64,000 bases of DNA from Phycisphaerae bacterium (GTDB lineage: Bacteria > Planctomycetota > Phycisphaerae > UBA1845): assembly GCA_963666835.2 (NCBI GenBank), contig CAXXGO010000006.1, positions 1,440,001 to 1,504,000 of the forward strand, read 5' to 3'. Under the pieces are notes generated by a model. The model saw nothing but the letters and a program-made list of their open reading frames with translations, was not told the origin of the DNA and made no database searches. Positions 38,441 through 47,298 of this stretch are shown here, one piece after another. A program made the translations under genes and the position numbers. Each line of letters opens with the position of its first letter. The stretch's first letter is position 1.

Positions 38441-39399
38441 ACCGCTACGCTCTGCTGATCGGCATCGTCACCGGCATCACTCTGGTCCCCACCGGTGCAA
38501 CAGCCGACACCGGAACTTATGAGATTTCCGAGTACCGCGTGACGCTCGTGCCGCTTGAAGACGGTGTTGTCGAGATCACCTACTATCAGGAATGGCGAGT
38601 CACCGGCGGGAACATCCCCTGGATCACCGTAGGAACGGCTAACCGGAGATTCACGGTTCTACCCGACAGTGCCGGCGGAAGCGCCCGCAGCGTTACTCCG
38701 AAGAGCTCCGGCAACTGGTCCGGGGTACACATCGCGCTGGACAGAGAATACCTGCCAGGCGAGATTTTCGAAGTAAGTTTCAAGATCCGCCAGCGCGGGC
38801 TGTTCTATCAGGCCGACACGGGCTACCGGCTCGATTTCATCCCCGGCTGGTATGACCGGGGCAAGATCGGGAATCTCACCGTTGCGTTGGAGTTCTTCAC
38901 CGAACTGACCGGGGTCTCGGCCGGCCCGGAGCCGAGTGAAACAGCGCCGCAGCAACTGGTGTGGGAGCGAACCAACTTGCAGCCTGGCGAGCGGTTTCGG
39001 GTTGGCGTAACGTTCCCGCCGACTCTGTTTCCCGACAATATCGAGCTGGCGGAGACCTCACCCTACGACAAACAGGGCGGTTCGCGCGTCTCGCCCGTCG
39101 TTGGTTCCCTGCTGTTTTTTGCCTTCCTGGTAGTGATCGTTGTCATCTTGTTCGTATGCGCTAAGGGCGGACGTGGGAGCGACTACGGCGGGGGAGGAAA
39201 CGTCAGTATCGCAGGCATCCATGCGGCAACCGGTGGCCGGGTGGTCTCGTGCGCCTGTGCATGCGTGGCCTGTGCTTGCGCATGCGCCTGCGCCGGAGGC
39301 GGCGCCGCGGGATGCGATCGCAAACTGACACGCACCTGCCCATTGTGCGCATACTGCGAAGAAGAGGACTGTCCGCTACGAACTGGGACCCGACGTTAG
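38437..39399 (+). CDS. DUF2207-like single-pass membrane protein with Gly/Cys-rich (CA)n tail
   Basis: Signal peptide; beta-rich ectodomain (YEISEYRVTL...DGVVEITY); TM LLFFAFLVVIVVILFV; tail SCACACVACACACACAGGGAAGC...CPLCAYCEEEDC; ATGA overlap and SD AAGGAGG. Confidence 0.85.
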   Translation: MNRYALLIGIVTGITLVPTGATADTGTYEISEYRVTLVPLEDGVVEITYYQEWRVTGGNIPWITVGTANRRFTVLPDSAGGSARSVTPKSSGNWSGVHIALDREYLPGEIFEVSFKIRQRGLFYQADTGYRLDFIPGWYDRGKIGNLTVALEFFTELTGVSAGPEPSETAPQQLVWERTNLQPGERFRVGVTFPPTLFPDNIELAETSPYDKQGGSRVSPVVGSLLFFAFLVVIVVILFVCAKGGRGSDYGGGGNVSIAGIHAATGGRVVSCACACVACACACACAGGGAAGCDRKLTRTCPLCAYCEEEDCPLRTGTRR

Positions 39400-39604
39400 A
39401 GGACCAACCGACGACCGAACTTCAGCCCAGGCTAGAAAGAAGGGACGATAACTCCGCAAGATCGCACCGCGCCGCGTATTCGGCGTTTTCAATCTCCGGT
39501 TGACGGTGCTAGAATCTCCTCGATGGGTCGACGATTCATCTTGCTGTGAGGGTCTGCGCCCATTGCCGATAGCCGATAAGCCGGTCATCGAAGGGAAAGA
39601 AGCC

Positions 39605-42600
39605 ATGAAACAACGGGCATTTCGAGGAACCGTAGCGCAGGCATCCTGCCTGCACACGGCTGCACAACTTCTGTTGTTGATGTGCGCCGTTCTGGCGATT
39701 GATTCACCGGTTGTGGCCGACACTTACGTGGTCGACTTTGACGGCCTACCGGCAGACTACCGGCTTTCCGGTCGGGACTATGCCGGTCTGGACTGGGAGT
39801 TGGGTAATAACGACGGCGCGTGGTATGTGGCCGGCCCACCGAACAATCCCCATTCAGGCACTAAGAACATCTACAACGGTTACGGCAGCACCCTGATCGG
39901 TATCGGGTTTCCCGGTCCCGTTGACGTCCTCGGTGCCTGGTTCGGCCAGCACGGTGCCAGCGGGTGGGCGTCGCTCGGAGTACGGGTCCACGGATTCCGC
40001 GGCGGGGTCGAGGTTGAAACCACCGGTTGGTTCCGCGATGTCTGCGGCGAAGCAACTTGGTTTCCGATAAGCCTGTACAATGTCGATCGCATCGTGATCG
40101 AGTCGGACCCGATCTTGCAGGAAATCGGCATTTTCGGGATGGACGACTTGACGTACCGCGATTCCGAACCGGGCGATCTGTTGGCGATCGTCAAGGATGA
40201 GGACACGGGTTTAGCGCTTCCCGGCGCTACGGTAAGCGTGCTTGGAATCGAGGGCGAAACCGACTGGCAAGGTTATGCGCTTTTCAGCGGCATTCTATCC
40301 GGAGAGGTGCTCGCCGAAGCGAGCCTGGACGGATACTACAGCAGCGAAGCGTGGGCCAATGTCGTCCCGAACTCCGGCACCATCGCCGTGATTCGCCTCA
40401 AGCCGGAGCTGACCGGTTCAGACCCGGGCATAATAGAGGTGCGCGGTCGTTGGTTTGAGCCGGGACGAACCACCTACTTCCTCCACGGCATCTCCTTGGA
40501 AGAGCCGATTACGACCCGAGTGGACTGGAAGAACCACACCCCGGGGCTGTTGTCCTGGCTGACTCCATGGGGCGTGATCGACCAGCCATGGATCGACCCG
40601 GCAGTCAGCCGGACGTTCGATATGGGCATGGACTTCCCGCCGGATGGGGTGCTCCGAGTTGAGGGGAGCAGCAACGATGATCCGACCGTGTTCACCGATC
40701 GATACCTGGCCGGGTTGAAGGTTGTCTCCGAGCCCACCGGGTTCCCGGAGCTGCTGGTCGGACACGTACCCTTCGCCGACACCCTGACGTACCAGGGGAG
40801 TTTCGAGGTCGACGTTGTCAAACTGGGGATCGATCCCGCCGCGATTCCCGAGGCCATCCCCGGATTCGGCGGACGCGTTTTGGGATTCCTGGCGAAGAGC
40901 AAACTCGCCGCCAAGATGACCGGCGACGGCAAAGCCGAAGCTGAACTCGAACTACCCGAGGCGCTGGGCAAGTGGGAGGTCGCCGGGATCGAGATCGACA
41001 CGAAAGTCAGTGGCAAGGCTCTGTGGGAGTATCGCCGGGACGAGTGGCTGCCCGGAGGGGAGGCCGTCGTGGGCGTTGAAGGGAAGTTCCAGACCCAGCC
41101 GTCCTACACGGTCTTTGTGGTCGGCCCCGTTCCGGTCCCGGCATACTGGCGAGGATCACTCGGCATTGCCGCGGAGGGGGCGCTCACTTTGCAGGGCTGG
41201 GCCGGACCGGCGGAACCGTCGTTCCTCGCCGCTCTCAAGCTCGAGCCCAAAGTGGAGTTCATCCTGGGGGTCGGCGTGGCCGACGCCGTATCGGCCGAGG
41301 GCGTGCTGGGCGGATCGCTGGCGTGGGAATTCGAGGCCGTCCCCGCATGGGAGACGAAAGCGGTCAAGCTCGGCCTGGCCGGCAGCCTGCGGATTACCGT
41401 GTTGGTGTTTAAGTATGAGCAACCGCTACTGAATTACGAATGGAGTCTCTACGAGAGCCCGTCCCGGTTCGAACAGCAGGGGGATCCGGCCGCGCAACCC
41501 GTTGAGCCGGAACTGATGGACCGCGATTACCTCGGTCGGGGCTACGCCGTGTTCGTCGGTGACGGGGCTGCCGAACAGATCCGTTCGCTGAGTGGCGGGA
41601 CCGTAGAAGCGCCTATTCAGACGAACGTCTTTCCGGAGTCGAACCCGTTTCTGGCGAACCTGGGCACCGATCTGTCATTGGCCTGGCTCTACGACGACCC
41701 TTCCCGGGCGGCGGTGAACCGAACGGAGGTCGTCTATTCGGTGTGGGACGGAGCAAACTGGTCTGCGCCGGCGGCGATCGACGATGACGGGACCGCAGAT
41801 TTCCATCCCAAGATTGCGGCCTTGCCGGACGGAGACGCCTGGGCAACGTGGATGGACGTCAAGCAGGTGCTGAGCGCGGACGCCACCGTTGAAGACATGC
41901 TGGCGAACCTCGAGATTGCGGTCGCCCGTTACGATTCTGATAGTGACGTCTGGTCGTCACCGGTGGTCCTCACGGACAATGTCCACCTGGATCAGAGTCC
42001 GCGAATCGCGACCGCGGCCAACGCGACCGCGATGCTCACCTGGGTGAGCAATACCGGCGACGAGCTGCAGGGTACCGCGGCCTACCCGAACGATATCTAC
42101 TTTTCGCGCCATGACGGCACCAGTTGGTCCGCCCCCGCGGCGGCTGTATCCGGCGTACCATCCGTAATCAAGAGCGCCATGAGCTTCGACGGTACCAACT
42201 CCGTGATTGTCTACTCTGCGGATACCGATGGAGATGACGCGACCCCTGACGATCGCGAGCTGTACGGTCTGACGTTCGACGGCACTACCTGGTCCGCGGC
42301 AACGCTGCTCACGGATAACGAGATTGAGGACGCCAATCCGCAGGTAATGTACGACACCTCACTACCGACTCCGACGCCGTTGGTCTTCTGGTATCGCGAC
42401 GGTGAGATCGTCATGTCCACGGATCTTGATCTGGACGTCTATGACACGGTAGTGTCTCTTGGAGCGTCCTCTTCCGGGGCGGCGGATTTCCACGCAACGC
42501 GCGGCGCCGACGGGCGCATCGCCCTTATCTGGCAGGACATCAGCACTGAAGGTGTCGATCTGTGGTACGTCTACTACGACCCAACCAGCGCGACCTGGAG

Positions 42601-44533
42601 CAAACCGCAACAGCTCACCGCTGATTCCGCCATGGAGAGCGCCCCCAGTGCGTCGTTCGACGCGGCCGACCGGCTGGTCGTCGCATGCGATAAACGCGAC
42701 ATCCACCATGAGACCCGAACACTCTCCGTTGGCGGCGAGGATTTCGTGGTCGACAATGTTCCGGTCACCGGGCAAACCGACCTCTATGAACTTAGGCACG
42801 AGATCGGCACGGATCTGGCGATTGCCGCGGAAGACCTCAGTGTTCTTCCGGAAAACCCCAAGCCCGGCATCCTCGCCACCTTGACGGCCAAAGTGCGCAA
42901 CATCGCGGACTTGCCCGCTACCGATATCGACGTGGCCTTCTACGATGGGAATCCTGCCACAGGTGGAACGCTGATTGCGACCGGCACCTGCGCCGGCACC
43001 CTGGTCGGTGGAGACGTTTGCGAAGCAAGCGTCGGCTGGACCGTGCCGGCATCAACCAGCGGCCACACCGTCTACGTGGTGGTGGATCCGGATCAAGTCA
43101 CCGGCGACGAAGATCGCACCAACAACACGGCGATACTCGGGGTGATGATGCCGAACCTCACGGTTTCGAGCCTGTCTGGCGTTCCAGTTGCTCAGGATTG
43201 GCTGGTAACGGTGCACGTGGAGAATAACGGAGCCCTGCCCGTTGAAAACGCCGAAGTTGTGCTCCGCGACGGCGATGCAAGCGGAACCGTGCTGGATACC
43301 GCGACGATCGCAGAGCTCGCCCCCCGAAGTCGGCAGGCTTTGCTGCTGACGTGGTCGTCGGCCCCGCCCGGCAGACTTACCGCCTTCGCCACAGCCGACG
43401 CGACGGACACTATTGCAGAATTCGACGAAAGTGATAACACCGCCACCGTCCTTCTCGAACGCTTCTCCGGCTTCGGTCCCGATCCGGACCTCGACGGCGA
43501 CACCGACGTGGACTTGGACGACTACAGCGTATTCGCGCTGTGCCTGGCCGGTCCGAACGTTGTGGTTGCTCCGGCTCCCGTTACCGAAGAGCAGTTCAGA
43601 AACGCCGACCTGGATGAAGACGGTGACGTCGACCTGGCCGACTTTGCCGCGTTCGAGAACGTGTTCTCCGGGGCATCACTGTGGGGAGCCTGCTGCGGAA
43701 TGAACGGCGACGTCTGCAGTGAGGTCACCGCGGCAACCTGCACAGAAGGCGGCGGAACTTTCCAGGGCATCGGCACCGAGTGCGGGCCGGACACTTGCCC
43801 GTACCCCGGCGCGTGTTGTGATCCGGAGGACGGAACGTGCAGCGAAGTCACCGAGAGTGCGTGTGTGGCCGGTGGCGGTTCGTTCCAGGGTATCGGCGTT
43901 GCCTGTGCATCCGACGTATGCCCGTTCGGCCGGTACAGTAACGAGATCGAGTTCATTACCGGGTTCTTCGCGCAACACTCATACGGCGCTCTTGCTGACG
44001 ATCTGACCCTATCCGGAACCGGCGCGCGCAGATTGGTCTACTATGATCTGGCCGTCTACGGTGCCGGCGGCGGCGAATTCGATGTGACCGCGACTCTGTA
44101 TACGGACTGTCCCGGCAACGGAGGCACGGCGATTTCCGGCACGACCGCCACTTGGTATGATGTTCAGGACGACGGAAGACCCTATATCCTGCAGGCCACC
44201 ATCGTCAACTACGTGACAATCCCCGATAGCGTGTGGATGGTCGTGGACTTTTCCACCCCGGAGGCCGGCTGGATCATCGCGGAAGAAGCGGAACTGGGGT
44301 CGACGGCGGACGTGTTCGGCATCAATGTCCCACCCTGGGGCTGCAATTACTACCTGAGCGAAACGGTTTACGCCGGATTCTGGGCGAACCTCGATTGCGT
44401 GGCCGAAACGACCGCAAGACCGGCCACCGCCCAGGCCGTCGAACCAGCCGTCGGCACCATGGTCAAGATGGTGGAGCCGTTCGAAGAGGGCCTCGCCGGT
44501 TTGGAGGACGGTGACAATCCGAAGGCTCCGTAG
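39605..44533 (+). CDS. Very large secreted multidomain protein (Ig-like, beta-propeller-like WS.P repeats, two CARDB-like, dockerin-like, GACC repeats)
   Basis: About 1640-aa ORF; LAIVKDEDTGLALPGATV; repeated WSAPAA; VYVVVDPDQ...NNTA; DLDGDTDVDLDDY/DLDEDGDVDLADF; two GACC repeats; LADDL module. Confidence 0.85.
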   Translation: MKQRAFRGTVAQASCLHTAAQLLLLMCAVLAIDSPVVADTYVVDFDGLPADYRLSGRDYAGLDWELGNNDGAWYVAGPPNNPHSGTKNIYNGYGSTLIGIGFPGPVDVLGAWFGQHGASGWASLGVRVHGFRGGVEVETTGWFRDVCGEATWFPISLYNVDRIVIESDPILQEIGIFGMDDLTYRDSEPGDLLAIVKDEDTGLALPGATVSVLGIEGETDWQGYALFSGILSGEVLAEASLDGYYSSEAWANVVPNSGTIAVIRLKPELTGSDPGIIEVRGRWFEPGRTTYFLHGISLEEPITTRVDWKNHTPGLLSWLTPWGVIDQPWIDPAVSRTFDMGMDFPPDGVLRVEGSSNDDPTVFTDRYLAGLKVVSEPTGFPELLVGHVPFADTLTYQGSFEVDVVKLGIDPAAIPEAIPGFGGRVLGFLAKSKLAAKMTGDGKAEAELELPEALGKWEVAGIEIDTKVSGKALWEYRRDEWLPGGEAVVGVEGKFQTQPSYTVFVVGPVPVPAYWRGSLGIAAEGALTLQGWAGPAEPSFLAALKLEPKVEFILGVGVADAVSAEGVLGGSLAWEFEAVPAWETKAVKLGLAGSLRITVLVFKYEQPLLNYEWSLYESPSRFEQQGDPAAQPVEPELMDRDYLGRGYAVFVGDGAAEQIRSLSGGTVEAPIQTNVFPESNPFLANLGTDLSLAWLYDDPSRAAVNRTEVVYSVWDGANWSAPAAIDDDGTADFHPKIAALPDGDAWATWMDVKQVLSADATVEDMLANLEIAVARYDSDSDVWSSPVVLTDNVHLDQSPRIATAANATAMLTWVSNTGDELQGTAAYPNDIYFSRHDGTSWSAPAAAVSGVPSVIKSAMSFDGTNSVIVYSADTDGDDATPDDRELYGLTFDGTTWSAATLLTDNEIEDANPQVMYDTSLPTPTPLVFWYRDGEIVMSTDLDLDVYDTVVSLGASSSGAADFHATRGADGRIALIWQDISTEGVDLWYVYYDPTSATWSKPQQLTADSAMESAPSASFDAADRLVVACDKRDIHHETRTLSVGGEDFVVDNVPVTGQTDLYELRHEIGTDLAIAAEDLSVLPENPKPGILATLTAKVRNIADLPATDIDVAFYDGNPATGGTLIATGTCAGTLVGGDVCEASVGWTVPASTSGHTVYVVVDPDQVTGDEDRTNNTAILGVMMPNLTVSSLSGVPVAQDWLVTVHVENNGALPVENAEVVLRDGDASGTVLDTATIAELAPRSRQALLLTWSSAPPGRLTAFATADATDTIAEFDESDNTATVLLERFSGFGPDPDLDGDTDVDLDDYSVFALCLAGPNVVVAPAPVTEEQFRNADLDEDGDVDLADFAAFENVFSGASLWGACCGMNGDVCSEVTAATCTEGGGTFQGIGTECGPDTCPYPGACCDPEDGTCSEVTESACVAGGGSFQGIGVACASDVCPFGRYSNEIEFITGFFAQHSYGALADDLTLSGTGARRLVYYDLAVYGAGGGEFDVTATLYTDCPGNGGTAISGTTATWYDVQDDGRPYILQATIVNYVTIPDSVWMVVDFSTPEAGWIIAEEAELGSTADVFGINVPPWGCNYYLSETVYAGFWANLDCVAETTARPATAQAVEPAVGTMVKMVEPFEEGLAGLEDGDNPKAP

Positions 44534-44645
44534 CGACGACAGACCGATGTGACATCACTCTTGCACTGTGACCTAACCGCCGTTCGATCGGAGATACAGC
44601 CTCACTATCCTCGCGCCGGGCTTATCGGGCGTTGGCTGATTGTCG

Positions 44646-44674
44646 TTGAGCGGGTCACCCGTTTCCGGTAGCAT
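44646..44674 (+). promoter_or_regulatory. Possible sigma-70 promoter
   Basis: TTGAGC-N17-TAGCAT about 185 nt before the next ATG. Confidence 0.4.
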
Positions 44675-44859
44675 AGTCAGATACGGGGATCTCCTAAAGA
44701 GACCGGGCCAGCGGAGGGTGCGGAGCCCATTTCGGACAGATTCCCTGTTCACCGGTTTTCCGGAATCGGGAACCAATACGCCCGCCGGAAGACCGTGGTG
44801 CCAGGCATCCGCCACCCCGACGGAGACTGGCCGGGAAGTCTGTACCTGAGGTGTTCATC

Positions 44860-46719
44860 ATGAGTCGTATGCGTGCCCGAATCGCGATCGTAAGTACTGC
44901 GGTGGCCTTGACAGTCACTCAACTTCAAGGGAATCCGACGGTCAACTTCGGCGGCACGAGGGGTGCCGAGCTGGGTACCACCGCTGCCCCGGCTACATCC
45001 CCGTCAGCGCATGCGTCCGCTACCACCGTCGGCGCGGCGCTGGTGAACTCGATAAGGTCCGCCGCGGCCCGGGAGGACCTCGTACTGGATCTGGCCGACA
45101 TCGTGGGCGGGGGCGACGGAACCGGAACTGGTAGCAATCAGGGTATCGATCAGACCACCGGGGCGGTGGCTACCGAGCAGACTGAGTGGTTGAATCAGCC
45201 GAACAACGAAACCGCTTACTTGCCGGTGCCCGCGCTGTTGTTTGTGGACGGGGTATTCACTCCCGACGGCGGGGCTGGGGCGGTCCACCTTAACTCATCC
45301 GGCGACAGCTACACCGGCTTGACCGACACGACCCGGTCCTCCTGGGATTACCTGTGGAACGGAATCAACACGCTCGGCAGCTCCGTGTTGGACGGCGTCG
45401 ATTATGCCACCGCGGGGCATTCGCTGATCGGGTTCCACGTGAATAAGGGCGTTACCTTCGACTTATCGGCAATCGAAACCGCGAACCCCGGCAGGAACGT
45501 CACACGATTCACCGCGATGGTTGGTCTCGACGACACCGCCGACCCGGCCGTAGGTTCGGCCGACTTCTGGGTGTTCGAGGATGCGGTCTTGAAAGACAGC
45601 GCTTCGGGGATCACCGCGGCTGACGGAGCCACGGCGCTCGACATCCCCCTGAGTGACAGCGCGCGCTTCCTCACGCTGATCGCCACGGATGGGGGAGATC
45701 AGATTGACTTCGACAGCATGGTCTTCGGCGACCCCCGCCTGACCCTTAGCAGCACGACCGAACTGCCTGACGCGAACTTCGTGGGCGTGGACGTTATTCC
45801 CAACCCCGATACGCTGGTCGCGTTCAATCTCCGCCGCGCCGCGGAAGCTCGCCCCGACTTTCCGTTGACGGCGACCGTCGGAAACTACGTTCGCGGGATG
45901 GTGCTGGAGTCGCTGACCTCCGGATGGTATGTCACCTCGTCGAATTACGTCGGCGGCCTGGTCGGGATCTGGCGTTTGGAGGATGGCTACTCGTCCCAGA
46001 TCGGAGTCTTGCCGTTCGACACGACCTCCTTCGTCGGAATGAGCTACAGCCACCTGAAGGACCATCTCTGGTGCGCGATTGACCCGGACGAGACGTTCGT
46101 ACCCGGAGAAGACCCCTTCCAGGACGGTCCTGAACCGCTCACCCTGTACCGGATCGACTTCAACGGCGACTTCACGGAACAGGTTCCGCTGTGGATACCG
46201 GGTGACGATGACGTGTCAATAAACGGCTTGGCCATGGACTTCAGTACGGGAGTGCTTTACGGCGTCGATACCGAGTCGGACGCCTTGATGATCATTAACC
46301 CGGCTACCGGAGAGTGCGCGGCCGTCGGAACCGGGCTGGGCTTCGACGGACACGGCATTGGCGGGCTCGACTTCACCATGGACGGATCCACCCTCGTGCT
46401 GGTCACCAACGCCAACCCGTTCATCGGGAGTGAGGTGCGGATCGTCGACCGCGTGACCGGATTGGCCGGCGAGGTGGTCGCGCTACTGCCGTTTGCCGCA
46501 AGCTCGATCGCCGCAGTAGGTCAAGAGCCGCCGACCCCCGGCGACTTCGACGAAGACCAGGACGCCGATTTGGATGACTACGCGATATTAGCCGACTGCA
46601 TTACCGGCCCGGCGTGGCACGAAGGCACACCGGCGGAGTGCGACATCGTGGACCTGGACCACGACGACGACGTCGACCTGCACGACATCGCCGGCTTCCA
46701 ACGCGCCCTGACGGACTAA
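44860..46719 (+). CDS. Secreted protein with NPCBM/NEW2-like domain, beta-propeller and dockerin-like tail
   Basis: GVTFDL...RFTAMVGLDD...SADFWV...ARFLTLIATDGGD...VFGDPRL; GLAMDFSTGVLYG; GDFDEDQDADLDDY/DLDHDDDVDLHDI. Confidence 0.8.
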   Translation: MSRMRARIAIVSTAVALTVTQLQGNPTVNFGGTRGAELGTTAAPATSPSAHASATTVGAALVNSIRSAAAREDLVLDLADIVGGGDGTGTGSNQGIDQTTGAVATEQTEWLNQPNNETAYLPVPALLFVDGVFTPDGGAGAVHLNSSGDSYTGLTDTTRSSWDYLWNGINTLGSSVLDGVDYATAGHSLIGFHVNKGVTFDLSAIETANPGRNVTRFTAMVGLDDTADPAVGSADFWVFEDAVLKDSASGITAADGATALDIPLSDSARFLTLIATDGGDQIDFDSMVFGDPRLTLSSTTELPDANFVGVDVIPNPDTLVAFNLRRAAEARPDFPLTATVGNYVRGMVLESLTSGWYVTSSNYVGGLVGIWRLEDGYSSQIGVLPFDTTSFVGMSYSHLKDHLWCAIDPDETFVPGEDPFQDGPEPLTLYRIDFNGDFTEQVPLWIPGDDDVSINGLAMDFSTGVLYGVDTESDALMIINPATGECAAVGTGLGFDGHGIGGLDFTMDGSTLVLVTNANPFIGSEVRIVDRVTGLAGEVVALLPFAASSIAAVGQEPPTPGDFDEDQDADLDDYAILADCITGPAWHEGTPAECDIVDLDHDDDVDLHDIAGFQRALTD

Positions 46720-46966
46720 CGCCGTAGACCGACATCAAGGCCCAAAACACGGCGATTATCACCACACCACGGGCCAACATGTTGGCCCATCCACCCTGAC
46801 GGCACATTTGTACGGCAGGTCGAGGGACGAGACCTGCCGCACGTAACGCAGGCATCCTGCCTGCAGTGTGACGCAAAACACGCAGGACGACGCTTACGCG
46901 CCTTCGGAACGGATTGTCGTGTGGTTGCCTGATGATATTAGGCCTTCGCGCGATATGCGTTGTCGC

Positions 46967-47158
46967 GGCAGGTCTCGTGCCTCGACCATGCCCTACCGGC
47001 TGCTCAAGAGCAGGCTTCACGGCAGGTCTCGTGCCTCGACCATGCCCTACCGGCTGCTCAAGAGCAGGCTTCGCGGCAGGTCTCGTGCCTCGACCGTGCC
47101 CTACCGGCTGCTCAAGAGCAGGCTTCGCGGCAGGTCTCGTACCTCGACCGTGCCCTAC
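46967..47158 (-). repeat. Tandem array of four REPs with a 54-bp period
   Basis: GGCAGGTCTCG starts at 46967, 47021, 47075 and 47129 with near-identical spacer CGGCTGCTCAAGAGCAGGCTTC; further REPs at 46810-46838 and 47213-47241. Confidence 0.92.
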
Positions 47159-47298
47159 GAGGGAGGCCACCTGGGTGGCATGGGTCAACTTGTTGAGCCG
47201 TGGAAGTGCGGCGGCAGGTCTCGTGCCTCGACCTGCCCTACAGCGGATGGCAACACCGTGTCATACGCGCGCTACGATTCCGCGCTGTTCAAGAGCGG

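Noticed and set aside
44622..44649. Antisense sigma-28-like promoter TCAA-N16-CCCGATAA
   Set aside because: It points at no gene, and its TCAA is the complement of a plausible sigma-70 -35 for the downstream gene.
46967..47158. CRISPR array (about 30-bp palindromic repeats at a regular period)
   Set aside because: Spacers are near-identical rather than unique, the repeat is the dispersed REP, and there are no cas genes in the window.
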